A DNA stretch of 56,212 nucleotides from a virus (Duplodnaviria > Caudoviricetes), in IMG/VR virus record IMGVR_UViG_3300005805_000109, positions 1-56,212 of that record; one strand, given 5' to 3'. Within the stretch, counting starts at the first letter, position 1, and every line of letters begins with the position of its first letter. The notes under the pieces were generated by a model. That model was not told the DNA's origin. It did no database searches and saw only the letters and a list, made by a program, of their open reading frames with translations. The translations under genes and the position numbers were made by a program. Positions 17,991 through 28,196 of the stretch are shown in pieces.

Positions 17991-19370
17991 ATGAGATCAA
18001 TCGATAAAACAGAGCACATATGTAAGTTATGTGGTTCAATACAAACCGTTGGTGGTATTAGAAATCACATACAATCAAAACACAAAGATTATAATACAGA
18101 TCGATACGTTTCTGAGTTTGGAGAATTTAGACCGAAGAAAATAAATCAATCACAACGATCGATGGACAGTAACATTTCTTGTGATGAATGTGGTATGAAC
18201 GTCGTATCGCACAAGGCATTAATGCACCATATACAATCCCACAATATGACGTTTGAAGAATATCACATTAAACACAAATTTGGAGGCATCCCTCCTCTTT
18301 GTAATTGTGGATGTGGGTCTCCTGTAAAAATACTGAAAAGTGGTATTTTGGATAAAGATGGAAATCGTGTATTTGCAAGAGAATTCCTATCCGGTCATAA
18401 TACGTCTATGCAAGTCGGTGTTCAAACAAGAAGTTTTGAATCTAAAATGAAAATGCGAGAAAGTGCAATAAAACGGATGGAACGAGACGGTAAAAGATTT
18501 TCTCCACAAATATCATCGGCACAAAAAGAGATATATGATTACATTTGCAGTATATCCGATGGATTTACAGAACAGGATACAACATTACTACATGGTAGAG
18601 AAATAGACATAATAAACCATCAGAAAAAAATTGGCATAGAATATAATGGTCTTTATTTTCATTCTGACGAATACCGCGATAGAAAATATCACGTATCAAA
18701 ACTTAAAGAGATGGAATCGATTGGATACCGACTTATTTATATTTGGGAAGATTGGTGGGTTCGTAAAAAGGAAATCGTAAAATCGATGGTATCTTCAATT
18801 TTAGGCACCAATAAAAACAAAATATACGCAAGAAATTGTGATATACGAGAGATTTCGGATGAACAAGTCAAAATATTCCTGCATCACAATCATATTCAAG
18901 GTGCATCGGTGTCAAAAGTGAGAATCGGTCTTTTTCAAAATGACGAACTCGTATCGGTAATGACATTTGGATCACTCAGAAAAACCCTTGGTACGGTTGC
19001 AAAAGATAATCATTGGGAAATGATGCGATTCTGTTCTAAACTGAATACAACAGTCGTCGGTGGTGCATCTAAATTATTCTCGTATTTTGTTAATATATAT
19101 AATCCACACTGTGTTGTATCATATGCCAACCGAGATTGGTCAAACGGGAATGTATATAAAAAGTTGGGATTTCATTTTGTTGGTACAACCGAACCTGGGT
19201 ATTTTTATGCCAAAGGTAAACGTAGATTTAGTCGGTCTCAATTTACAAAACACAAACTTGTTTCAGAAGGTGCAGATGAAACAAAAACGGAATCTACTAT
19301 TATGAAAGAACGTGGTTATATGAAAATATGGGACACTGGCAACTTAAAATATGTGTGGAATAGGGTATAA
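17991..19370 (+). CDS. Free-standing Hef-like homing endonuclease: Zn fingers, Vsr/PD-(D/E)XK-like domain, GNAT-like C-domain
   Basis: C2H2 fingers, CNCGCG, EIDI...IEYNGLYFHS...IWEDWW, then NHIQG...WEMMRFC...SYANR...G.VY.KLGF. Confidence 0.8.
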   Translation: MRSIDKTEHICKLCGSIQTVGGIRNHIQSKHKDYNTDRYVSEFGEFRPKKINQSQRSMDSNISCDECGMNVVSHKALMHHIQSHNMTFEEYHIKHKFGGIPPLCNCGCGSPVKILKSGILDKDGNRVFAREFLSGHNTSMQVGVQTRSFESKMKMRESAIKRMERDGKRFSPQISSAQKEIYDYICSISDGFTEQDTTLLHGREIDIINHQKKIGIEYNGLYFHSDEYRDRKYHVSKLKEMESIGYRLIYIWEDWWVRKKEIVKSMVSSILGTNKNKIYARNCDIREISDEQVKIFLHHNHIQGASVSKVRIGLFQNDELVSVMTFGSLRKTLGTVAKDNHWEMMRFCSKLNTTVVGGASKLFSYFVNIYNPHCVVSYANRDWSNGNVYKKLGFHFVGTTEPGYFYAKGKRRFSRSQFTKHKLVSEGADETKTESTIMKERGYMKIWDTGNLKYVWNRV

Positions 19371-19424
19371 ACATATCTTAGTCATATTTATATTATATTA
19401 CTATGTTTATTTTTAAATTTTGAT

Positions 19425-19880
19425 ATGCGCAAAATAGTTCTTCTTGAAAACGGAATAAGTAAAATTGATACTTTAAAAACTTATGACCAAAAATTTAAAA
19501 TCTTAAAACCAAATGGATTGTGGTATTCTTTCGATAATTATTGGGATACTTTTTTATCTTTAACAGATTTTCGATATACTCTGAAGTATGATAAATGTGT
19601 TGAAATATTTGTAGATACAAAAAAATTTATTTGCATAGATACTGTGGAAATTTTGGTTAAATTTGACAATATTTTTTCTGATAATCGCGGGTTTATAAAT
19701 TGGGAAGACGTCAGCAATCATTATGATGGGATTGAAATCGGAAATAATTACCCCATTATTGAAGAATTCTGTAATTCTCACTATCCCAATAAATTACATT
19801 GGTTTAGGTGTTTTGATATACCAAGTGGATGTGTGTGGAATTTGTCAGCGATACTGAACCAAGTAGACTGTTATCAGTAA
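19425..19880 (+). CDS. Conserved viral hypothetical protein (KPxGLWYS / W..V...YDGIEI / SGCVWN family)
   Basis: Motif pattern recognised by eye; has its own TATTTAT at 19385. Confidence 0.6.
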   Translation: MRKIVLLENGISKIDTLKTYDQKFKILKPNGLWYSFDNYWDTFLSLTDFRYTLKYDKCVEIFVDTKKFICIDTVEILVKFDNIFSDNRGFINWEDVSNHYDGIEIGNNYPIIEEFCNSHYPNKLHWFRCFDIPSGCVWNLSAILNQVDCYQ

Positions 19881-19919
19881 ACAATACACAATAATAAAAA
19901 AATTAAGCAGAGGATCTTT

Positions 19920-20543
19920 ATGATAAACCAGACATACGTCAATGCAATCCGAAATGCAACACCAATAGTAAATATTACTGGTATTCAATCTCGGCCACTT
20001 GGTTCAAACAATACTAACATAGATGAAGAACTTAAAGTACTTAATGAATCGCTTTTGTTATCATATAAAACAGCTATGTCAGACTACGCAAATGCTTTCG
20101 CACCAAGATATAATCAAACATTTAATGATTCTATAAAGTCCATACGGGACGTTGTTGCTCTTGATGGGTTATCTTATGAAGATAGACATCAGTCTTATTT
20201 AAGGAAACAGACTAACAATTTAAATACCGCAATTAAAAGCGATTCCGTGTTAAATACTTTTATCGCACAAAATCCGCAACGATTTAATAATTTGGATGGA
20301 ATGCCAACTCCAATTGTATCGGATGTCATGCCGCAAGTAAACATATATCAACAAGTATCATCTATTGCTGATGAAACTCTTTTACGTAAAGATGTAGTTA
20401 ATCTATATGGTCAAAAAAATCCGGTATCTGCGCCTATAAATACGTATCATTCATTTGTTCAGTATCAATCGACGGAGGCATACAATGTGTCTTCGAAGAA
20501 CTTGGTGTTTTATCCGATTAATACTTTTTATAGTAGTCGCTAA
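19920..20543 (+). CDS. Hypothetical protein
   Basis: 207-aa ORF with GAGGA SD; no recognisable motif. Confidence 0.65.
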   Translation: MINQTYVNAIRNATPIVNITGIQSRPLGSNNTNIDEELKVLNESLLLSYKTAMSDYANAFAPRYNQTFNDSIKSIRDVVALDGLSYEDRHQSYLRKQTNNLNTAIKSDSVLNTFIAQNPQRFNNLDGMPTPIVSDVMPQVNIYQQVSSIADETLLRKDVVNLYGQKNPVSAPINTYHSFVQYQSTEAYNVSSKNLVFYPINTFYSSR

Positions 20544-20583
20544 TTTAATAAATGTGTTTATATTTTAACTAATACGGTGAATT

Positions 20584-23139
20584 ATGCCAATCATAAATAA
20601 ATACGAAATTCAAAGATATAGGGAAGTTCTAATAAACGTCCAACCTGGTTTGGTTGATGATGGACAATATTCTACTTTTTTGTTAGAAACTTTTGATACA
20701 AATCCAAACGGAACGGGTCATTTTGTTGGTCTAATAAAAACCGGTGTTCTATTGGGTGATGTGGTGAAAAATTCATTAAATACTGGTAATATTACACTAC
20801 AGCAGTTTAATGCAATGACATTAAAACAAGTCAATGAATACATTGAACGCGGATTATTTATTTCACAGAGACAAATATTAGGTTGGGTTGAATTGTCTCG
20901 GAGCATCCCCTCATTTTATTATCAAGACTGTTACAATGGAAAAATTCCAATAGTGGATCGATGGTATGATTTTACAAACATAGAAGTTCGCCAAAACGTG
21001 TTATCAAATGACGATTCTTTAACAACTATTGGCGTATGGGATATAAATGACTCGTTTAATAATTGGGGCACAACTCCATATCCCAATCAGACACCATTGA
21101 CTTTTTATCAATATTTTGACATAGTTACAAACGACGCATTTATCGATGGCGTTAATTTTACAAAGTTTAACCTAAAAAAACTTTATAATATACCATTAAT
21201 ACAGGCAAATAAATTAGATCATTTTGATGGGAATGAGTCGTACCCTACATCTTTTACATTTTTCTCAAATAAAACAACATATGGGAGATTTAGAAGATCA
21301 GAGTTGCAAGTCGGTTTTAATTTTGGCAATGCAAAAACAAATGGCGCTTGTATAGGTCTTCCCACTGTAATTAAAGATGATACCGATACATCAACCGATA
21401 GAGGAGTTGGGGAAAATAATGACGCTGATGTAGGTATAACTTCGGATATTGTGGATACCTACGTGTATACGGGAATGAGTCCCGATGAATTTTCAAAACA
21501 ATTTGTGGCCGATGATGTGGCGGGCGACTTTTTTAAGGTTTCAGGGAGCCCTATCCCATATCCAAGTGTGATGCAATCATTTACTTCAGGACAATATCTT
21601 AGAATGAGATATTTGCGTGAAGAGATTAATAGGGGAGTTATCGATCCACGAGACCTACCAGGTGAGGATATTGACACACCATCTGGATTTACACACGCCT
21701 ACCTAAATGCTGATGCGGATATTTTGACCATAAAACCGGCAATATTAAAAGAACCACTTTTGACAAGCGCCCCCTCAGAAATAGGTCCGATTCGTAAATC
21801 AAGAGCCCGTATTATGCGGCGCAACGTAATAGATATGTATGATCTATACAACGGGGTGTATAAAGAAAATTCTGGAATTGAATTATATAAAAATCGACTT
21901 TTGATACACGGCATAGGATCAGATTCAAATGGTTATAATCAGGTGAGTGATAGTGAGTCATTTAGAGAAAAATGCGTATTTACTGGATATGGAAATTCTT
22001 TTGATTTTGGGTTCCATACTACAATGGCTAAAATGCGTAAGTTACCAGAAACAGATCCCTTGAAAAAGATATATTCATCACTATACACCATACTATCTGA
22101 CAATGGATATGCTGATTCTGCAATAACTTCAAATCAACAAGCTATACCGATAATCTACCGTTCAAAAACTAATAAATATTATTATACTAATACTCCATGT
22201 AAAACCATATTTGCAGGGTATATGGAATCAGTACCAATGGATATTGGTGATAAACTTATCAGATTTGATAATCTGTTTTACGATAAACTATCACATTTAC
22301 CAAAAAATGATATTCTCGATACTTTTGAACATATCCAATTGCCAGTCTTTCCGACGGATAAGTATAAAAGACCAGTTTTTTATCATACTGTGATTGGGAA
22401 CAAGACACAAACCCAAGAATTTGTTGCAAACATATATGACATACTATCACAGTATGTTTATAAGGACGACTTCATATTGTCCAATACTAAATCAAAACTC
22501 AGTCCACAATTCTCGTATCCGAGTATTATGCGGAGAACTGAATTATTTGTACCAAATCCAATAGATAATTTGCTATGGGCAGATATGATTATGTGGACCC
22601 CAAATATTGTAAAATATGATGTTGTTCAATCTATTAAATTATTGAACGGATTTTCTTCATATATCACAGGGAAGAAGTCAAAATTTGTATCGTTGATTGA
22701 AAGAAATCAAGGTAGAATAGTACCATTCGATCTCAGATTTGAACCACCACAACTACAATATTCTGATGATTACGGATATTTTATTAGTATAACTGATAAA
22801 ACATACATGACTGATGTTTATTTTGCTTTGATGGAGATGCACCTCAAAGGTTATCCGTGGAGCATAATACTCTCTACTATAAACAAATTTATACCAAATT
22901 CATCTGTTAATTTGGATATTATTAACGGAAAGACTATATTAGTGTCCCCTTTCCGTGGTACTACCAAGCCATATTTACCAAAAGTCGAAATTGATATGGA
23001 TGGTGATTGGTTTACTGGACCTTTATCTCGATTAATGCAAGACATATTTTTGAATATATCTTCCGATTTTTTGAAAACATGGAATTATATGATTGATAAT
23101 AGTTATATAAAAGGTACTAAAGCACGACCATCTAGATAG
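20584..23139 (+). CDS. Large hypothetical protein
   Basis: 851-aa uninterrupted ORF; no recognisable motif. Confidence 0.75.
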   Translation: MPIINKYEIQRYREVLINVQPGLVDDGQYSTFLLETFDTNPNGTGHFVGLIKTGVLLGDVVKNSLNTGNITLQQFNAMTLKQVNEYIERGLFISQRQILGWVELSRSIPSFYYQDCYNGKIPIVDRWYDFTNIEVRQNVLSNDDSLTTIGVWDINDSFNNWGTTPYPNQTPLTFYQYFDIVTNDAFIDGVNFTKFNLKKLYNIPLIQANKLDHFDGNESYPTSFTFFSNKTTYGRFRRSELQVGFNFGNAKTNGACIGLPTVIKDDTDTSTDRGVGENNDADVGITSDIVDTYVYTGMSPDEFSKQFVADDVAGDFFKVSGSPIPYPSVMQSFTSGQYLRMRYLREEINRGVIDPRDLPGEDIDTPSGFTHAYLNADADILTIKPAILKEPLLTSAPSEIGPIRKSRARIMRRNVIDMYDLYNGVYKENSGIELYKNRLLIHGIGSDSNGYNQVSDSESFREKCVFTGYGNSFDFGFHTTMAKMRKLPETDPLKKIYSSLYTILSDNGYADSAITSNQQAIPIIYRSKTNKYYYTNTPCKTIFAGYMESVPMDIGDKLIRFDNLFYDKLSHLPKNDILDTFEHIQLPVFPTDKYKRPVFYHTVIGNKTQTQEFVANIYDILSQYVYKDDFILSNTKSKLSPQFSYPSIMRRTELFVPNPIDNLLWADMIMWTPNIVKYDVVQSIKLLNGFSSYITGKKSKFVSLIERNQGRIVPFDLRFEPPQLQYSDDYGYFISITDKTYMTDVYFALMEMHLKGYPWSIILSTINKFIPNSSVNLDIINGKTILVSPFRGTTKPYLPKVEIDMDGDWFTGPLSRLMQDIFLNISSDFLKTWNYMIDNSYIKGTKARPSR

Positions 23140-23166
23140 TGTGTAAAAAATAGGAATTTGTAATAT

Positions 23167-24555
23167 ATGAAACGAAGGCAATTAGATTTATCACAGATTA
23201 AGTTTGGAAATGATGTTGCGTTTCCAACTGATAATTTGTATTTTTATCAACGCGGAAAACGTATCCAAAAACGAGAAGATAAACTAAGACGAACTAATAT
23301 TGTTTACACCAATGATATTATAGAAAGTAATTTTTTTATCAGAGGTGTTGTTATTGCACATTTTATGTATCCCACCGCACCGAGTTTTTCTCCTGGAACT
23401 CATGACATGGTCCCACCGGAAATTATAGGGGGTATAACTGATGAGCAGGCTGCTAATATAGATGCGGCATCCAATCAGCGGGAACGATTTTCGTTCAGTT
23501 GGTTAATGCCGTCTGATGTAAATGATTTTAAGCAATTTGACCCAATATTTTCGGGACCAAGTGAATTGGATTTTAGAATTCAACCACCAGCTATATCTGG
23601 GTTGTGGGGTGGGATAGAATATGGTGCAATACAGCGCGAATGGGAATATACAAACAAATATGCAGACTATCCATTTTCGTTCCCATCGTCAGGCGAATCA
23701 AATGATATTCTATTTATTAAAGATACATATCCGAATTCAGATACGTGTATCGCAGTCGTTGGAACTCAACATTACGGGACTGGATTTATCGATCGAAAAA
23801 CTCCTATCAATGTGGATTCTGCATATATACCAAGTAGGTTTCACATATCGGTCGGCGATGTGATAGAAATATACTCAGGTCATATAATAGAAAATTTAAT
23901 ATACCGACCAGGGGACTCGTCTGACCCTAAAACGTCAAGAGAAACTGCGACTCCAATACTCAAACATTTTATTAGATTAAATGAAAATCCTCTATATACC
24001 GTGAGAGCTGGACAAAACTATGAGCCGGAATTTTCTTACACTAAAAGTAAAACATTTATTTCGAATGACAAAGACTATGATTTAAACTCCCAAGATATTT
24101 TTTATTCTAAAAAACCCATCTCTTTAAAAGATAATCTACCAACGCCCAAACCAATTTCTATCCCAAGATTAATTTCAATCGGGAGACCGATCGTAGAAGA
24201 GGGTATGCTGGTGAAAATTAGAAACTGCGTATTTGATCCGGAAATTTTTTCAAAGTCTAATTCCGATTTTATTTATCTGGAACCAAACAGATTATATCAA
24301 ATTATTCAAGACGGATTTCCACAACACAAAATTTCAATGAGAATATGCAACGGAACTGAAATGGCAATTCATATGCCAAAAATAAGTATTTTACAACCAT
24401 TCGATTTGGTTGGAATCGTCGCAGGTCAGACCGCAGAACAACAATACGAAATATGGCCAAGAACTATGTTTGATATTGGAATCAAACCACAACCAGAATA
24501 TAGTGGAGACGCTTTAGTTAAGTCGATTAATTCTGCAAAACCAAACGATGTATAA
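23167..24555 (+). CDS. Protein with tandem OB-fold-like domains (DUF5689/YhcR-like)
   Basis: IRGVV...FIKDT...IAV...VGDVIEI, then LPTP...EGMLVKIRN...MRI...FDLVGIV...YEIWPR...DI. Confidence 0.55.
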   Translation: MKRRQLDLSQIKFGNDVAFPTDNLYFYQRGKRIQKREDKLRRTNIVYTNDIIESNFFIRGVVIAHFMYPTAPSFSPGTHDMVPPEIIGGITDEQAANIDAASNQRERFSFSWLMPSDVNDFKQFDPIFSGPSELDFRIQPPAISGLWGGIEYGAIQREWEYTNKYADYPFSFPSSGESNDILFIKDTYPNSDTCIAVVGTQHYGTGFIDRKTPINVDSAYIPSRFHISVGDVIEIYSGHIIENLIYRPGDSSDPKTSRETATPILKHFIRLNENPLYTVRAGQNYEPEFSYTKSKTFISNDKDYDLNSQDIFYSKKPISLKDNLPTPKPISIPRLISIGRPIVEEGMLVKIRNCVFDPEIFSKSNSDFIYLEPNRLYQIIQDGFPQHKISMRICNGTEMAIHMPKISILQPFDLVGIVAGQTAEQQYEIWPRTMFDIGIKPQPEYSGDALVKSINSAKPNDV

Positions 24556-25018
24556 TGATGTGAGATTTAATATGAAAAAACAAACGCACGAGGCATACAA
24601 AAAACGTAGTATATTTTATGAACCAGCGTGGGATACTGGTAAAAAATTACCCGACTATGTTGATTCAGATGGAAAAATACCTGCTGAACATTTAGAACAA
24701 GTACTTGGTCAACTAGAAAATTTTGATTTTGAACTTGACGAAATAACACGTTTTTTAAAAAAATCTCCAATTCACGGTAGACAGTTGTTCCGCGATTCGG
24801 TGAAAAAACGCTGGGAAACCACATTCAAAAATAAACCAAACTCAATTTGGGTTGCAATCGATAAAAATAAAATCGAAAAGGCGATTGCAAATGGAATAGA
24901 TCCATATGATTATTATGAAAGCTTTGTAGGTGGTAGTGCGGAAAAATCCGCCAAAACGAGCAAACTTATCGAATTTTTAACAATTCTATTTAGAATATTT
25001 TCGGGTGTAAGTTTTTAA
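24548..25018 (+). CDS. Hypothetical protein
   Basis: 156-aa ORF overlapping the upstream stop; hydrophobic C-terminus. Confidence 0.6.
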   Translation: MYNDVRFNMKKQTHEAYKKRSIFYEPAWDTGKKLPDYVDSDGKIPAEHLEQVLGQLENFDFELDEITRFLKKSPIHGRQLFRDSVKKRWETTFKNKPNSIWVAIDKNKIEKAIANGIDPYDYYESFVGGSAEKSAKTSKLIEFLTILFRIFSGVSF

Positions 25019-25037
25019 TATACAATAGGAGTTTGAA

Positions 25038-25238
25038 GTGAACGTGAAAAATGACTCAACTGCTGATAAAAAGTTTGTCCATCATAATAATGGTGTCATT
25101 CCAAAAAAATACAAAGAACTTGATGACAAGTTTAAAGTGTTAGTACAAAATCCGCCAAGTTTTGATCCAAAAAATAAAAAAGAAGTGTTGACTTGGTTGC
25201 GAGATATGGTATTTACTATAAAGCCCAAGCAAAATTGA
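25038..25238 (+). CDS. Small hypothetical protein
   Basis: 66-aa ORF with AGGAG before a GTG start. Confidence 0.55.
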   Translation: MNVKNDSTADKKFVHHNNGVIPKKYKELDDKFKVLVQNPPSFDPKNKKEVLTWLRDMVFTIKPKQN

Positions 25239-25262
25239 TAAATCATACGGTATTGATATAAT

Positions 25263-27548
25263 ATGACTAATCCGAATAATACAGTAAGCAATATATATCA
25301 GAATAATATGTTTTCTAAGTTTTCTAATGACGAATTAGAATTCATTAAAAAATATCAAAACAGAGAATCGGCTAATACTGCGCCCGATTCCGCTAATATT
25401 CTGGGTAAACGTGGTAATGCAAATACACCAAATGAACAATTTAAATTGGTATCTCCCACTGTTAGTAACGGAAGAATAACCGGATTTGTTCCAACCGGTA
25501 ACCCAGACGCACCGATTGGGGGAGTGAACGAGGGCTATACATCAAAAATCATACAGATGGCAAATGACGGAAAAATAACCCCTAAAGAGGCTATTTTTAT
25601 TATCCGAGCAAGACATCAAATGATTGACGCCCCGTATTCACCAGATGGTGCTGTGCGTGCGTACGGTGCTGGAAATCCATCTGTTACGGAAGGTGGTACT
25701 ATGTTCACGAATGCAAAAATGCGGAATATTATTTACAACCAAGATAAGGCAAGACAAATTGTACAGCGAATAAACGAATTTGAAGATAGACAAAAAGATT
25801 TAGAGAAACAGGGTAAACTTAGAGAAACATTTGATGAAACCGGCACTGGTAGAAAAATTTACTATGATGATAACGAAACTAATCCGAATTTGCGTTGGAA
25901 ATTATTAGTTCCAGATTTTAGTGACATACTTCCTGCAAATAATCCAGACTCTGAGCGAGCAATATTAGATGAATCGAGTGTTTTGAATTCTGGAAAAAAT
26001 ACACGAGATCCTAATGATGAAACATTGAGTTCGAGTGGACCAAAATTAAACTTTTTGCAGTATATAAAGACAACAACTAATCCAGATGGTTCTTTATCTT
26101 TAGATGAAAAAGCAACACGAGAAGCTAATCTATCTAAAAATCCAGATGCTATGCTCTCGTTTGATACGTATGTTTATGTAAACGATCAAATCGGTGCTAA
26201 ATTATATAAATGGTTTCTGGCTCCCGATACAGGTTTGCCGAAAGATGCCACGATTATAGGGGCAGCTATTGCGGGATCAATAAAAGACCACGCATCTAGA
26301 TCATATCTTTTTTTAGAGAAATATTTACCCGTGGTTGATAGATCACTCGTTAGGTATAAATCTTTTAAATCATTTATGACCTTGTTGCAAGAAATAAATT
26401 CTGGTGAAAAAGATGTGAATGATCCGAAAATAATAGTAGATATTTTGAATGGTCCTGTGAAACCGTGGGCACTTTTCGCTCTTGGGAGAGCTTTAAAACC
26501 GAAATTAAGAGACTATCTCTTGAAGAAATTGGCCATACGCATTGCAACGGGTTCACGGTTGGCAGGTGGTGCGGCATATGGACTTGCAGCAGCTGGAGTA
26601 ACTGCGGCGTTAGTGACAATCGATATTCTGACGATCTCGTGGGACGTGTACACAGAAAACCCATCGGAAAATGAATCTTTGGAACGAGAAGCTTTAAATT
26701 CAAATTATTTACCAGGCCCATATATTCAAACAAAAGGTTCCGTCAAAATACCAATGCGGAATAGAGATGAAACGTATCCTGATTTTACTCCGAACCACGA
26801 TTATGATGTTTTGGATAACTGTGCTGTTCCAATTGGTGTTGAAAAAGATAAACAGGGAAATCCGATTCCATTAAAACGGAAGGATATTTTTCCGAACGCA
26901 CCCGATGGAGATCAGAATGTTCCACTCACCGACCCAAAAACCGGAGAGCCGATACCAGGTACAACCAGAATAAAACCAATATACCCGCAAAAAATGAATT
27001 TAAAATCCAAGGCATATTTTAGTCCACCTAATGACTCAAATATGGTATTACCGGATATTGTTGGATTTGATCCAATAACCGATGATATTAGTATTCCTAC
27101 GTGGAATGATGTAGCCGAAGATGTCACACAGGATTATATTGGAACTTATTACAACAAAGATAGATCCGATAATAGAACTAAGATGTTTGCAGAAAAAATA
27201 CTTGAAAACGATAATAATGGTGTTCCACAGATAAAATCGACTTCCGAACTATGGATTCCTCCCGAAAATGCACAGTTTCAATTTTCTGAAGATAGGCACA
27301 ACGCTGCCTCATTAATAGACACTGCAACACGTTTAGAAAATTTGGGAGTTTTGGATTTTGATAGAGCCATGCAGTATTTAACCTTAATATATCTCAATAT
27401 TACAGGGCCTAGTACATTTTTTGACGGATCGAATCAATCCCAATATGGTCCTACACAACAGAATAAAAGTGTTGGTGTACCAAACTTAGCACCTGAATTA
27501 TATGGACCTCCGGATGCGTCCCCATCTATTTTCATTCCGATAGCTTAA
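25263..27548 (+). CDS. Large hypothetical protein with central Gly/Ala hydrophobic segments
   Basis: 761 aa, containing IIGAAIAG and LAGGAAYGLAAAGVTAALVTIDILTISW; Pro/Asp-rich C-terminal part. Confidence 0.7.
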   Translation: MTNPNNTVSNIYQNNMFSKFSNDELEFIKKYQNRESANTAPDSANILGKRGNANTPNEQFKLVSPTVSNGRITGFVPTGNPDAPIGGVNEGYTSKIIQMANDGKITPKEAIFIIRARHQMIDAPYSPDGAVRAYGAGNPSVTEGGTMFTNAKMRNIIYNQDKARQIVQRINEFEDRQKDLEKQGKLRETFDETGTGRKIYYDDNETNPNLRWKLLVPDFSDILPANNPDSERAILDESSVLNSGKNTRDPNDETLSSSGPKLNFLQYIKTTTNPDGSLSLDEKATREANLSKNPDAMLSFDTYVYVNDQIGAKLYKWFLAPDTGLPKDATIIGAAIAGSIKDHASRSYLFLEKYLPVVDRSLVRYKSFKSFMTLLQEINSGEKDVNDPKIIVDILNGPVKPWALFALGRALKPKLRDYLLKKLAIRIATGSRLAGGAAYGLAAAGVTAALVTIDILTISWDVYTENPSENESLEREALNSNYLPGPYIQTKGSVKIPMRNRDETYPDFTPNHDYDVLDNCAVPIGVEKDKQGNPIPLKRKDIFPNAPDGDQNVPLTDPKTGEPIPGTTRIKPIYPQKMNLKSKAYFSPPNDSNMVLPDIVGFDPITDDISIPTWNDVAEDVTQDYIGTYYNKDRSDNRTKMFAEKILENDNNGVPQIKSTSELWIPPENAQFQFSEDRHNAASLIDTATRLENLGVLDFDRAMQYLTLIYLNITGPSTFFDGSNQSQYGPTQQNKSVGVPNLAPELYGPPDASPSIFIPIA

Positions 27549-27588
27549 AACTGTACAGTTTCTCATCCATCCATCCTATTTATAGGAT

Positions 27589-28188
27589 ATGGAAACAATA
27601 GAACAAAATATAGAACTCATACAGCTAATTTCGTCTAGCGCCGTTACCTTACTCGGCGTATTCCTTTCGTGGTTTCTAAAATACAAGTACGGTGAGTACA
27701 AGCAAAAAAAGATTACCCGTGAGATTTCCCAATCTAAATTAGTTCAAACAATACTTGACCAACAACTTCAAGAGTATGATTGCCAACGTGCGTTTATCCT
27801 CCAACGTCACAATGGAGGTAAATATGGCACTGGCAAATCCATGACAAAATTATCCACCACGTTTGAAGCTCTCGAAGAAGGCGTAAGTACAGAATTCAAA
27901 GAATACCAAAACTTACCAATGACTTTATACACGGGACTTATTCAAACAGTTTCCGATAATAAGGGTATATTTCCGATTGTTGATAATATTGATGATTTAT
28001 TGACACGAGCATTTTTTGCTCAACGTGGTACAAAATCCGCAGTTGCTTATCCAATTTTAAAAGGAGGAGAATTGGTTGGTATCATTGGATTTGAATGGAC
28101 ACATAAAATGAAAAACATGGATTCCATCATGGCCGAAATGGAACAAGACGGTAAAGTTATAGGAGAAACCCTTTCCAGATTATTATAG
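27589..28188 (+). CDS. N-terminal TM plus GAF-like domain protein (possible T4 T-type holin)
   Basis: TM LISSSAVTLLGVFLSWFL; GAF-like end RAFF...GTKSAVAYPILKGGELVGIIGFEW. Confidence 0.55.
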   Translation: METIEQNIELIQLISSSAVTLLGVFLSWFLKYKYGEYKQKKITREISQSKLVQTILDQQLQEYDCQRAFILQRHNGGKYGTGKSMTKLSTTFEALEEGVSTEFKEYQNLPMTLYTGLIQTVSDNKGIFPIVDNIDDLLTRAFFAQRGTKSAVAYPILKGGELVGIIGFEWTHKMKNMDSIMAEMEQDGKVIGETLSRLL

Positions 28189-28196
28189 GAGATACT

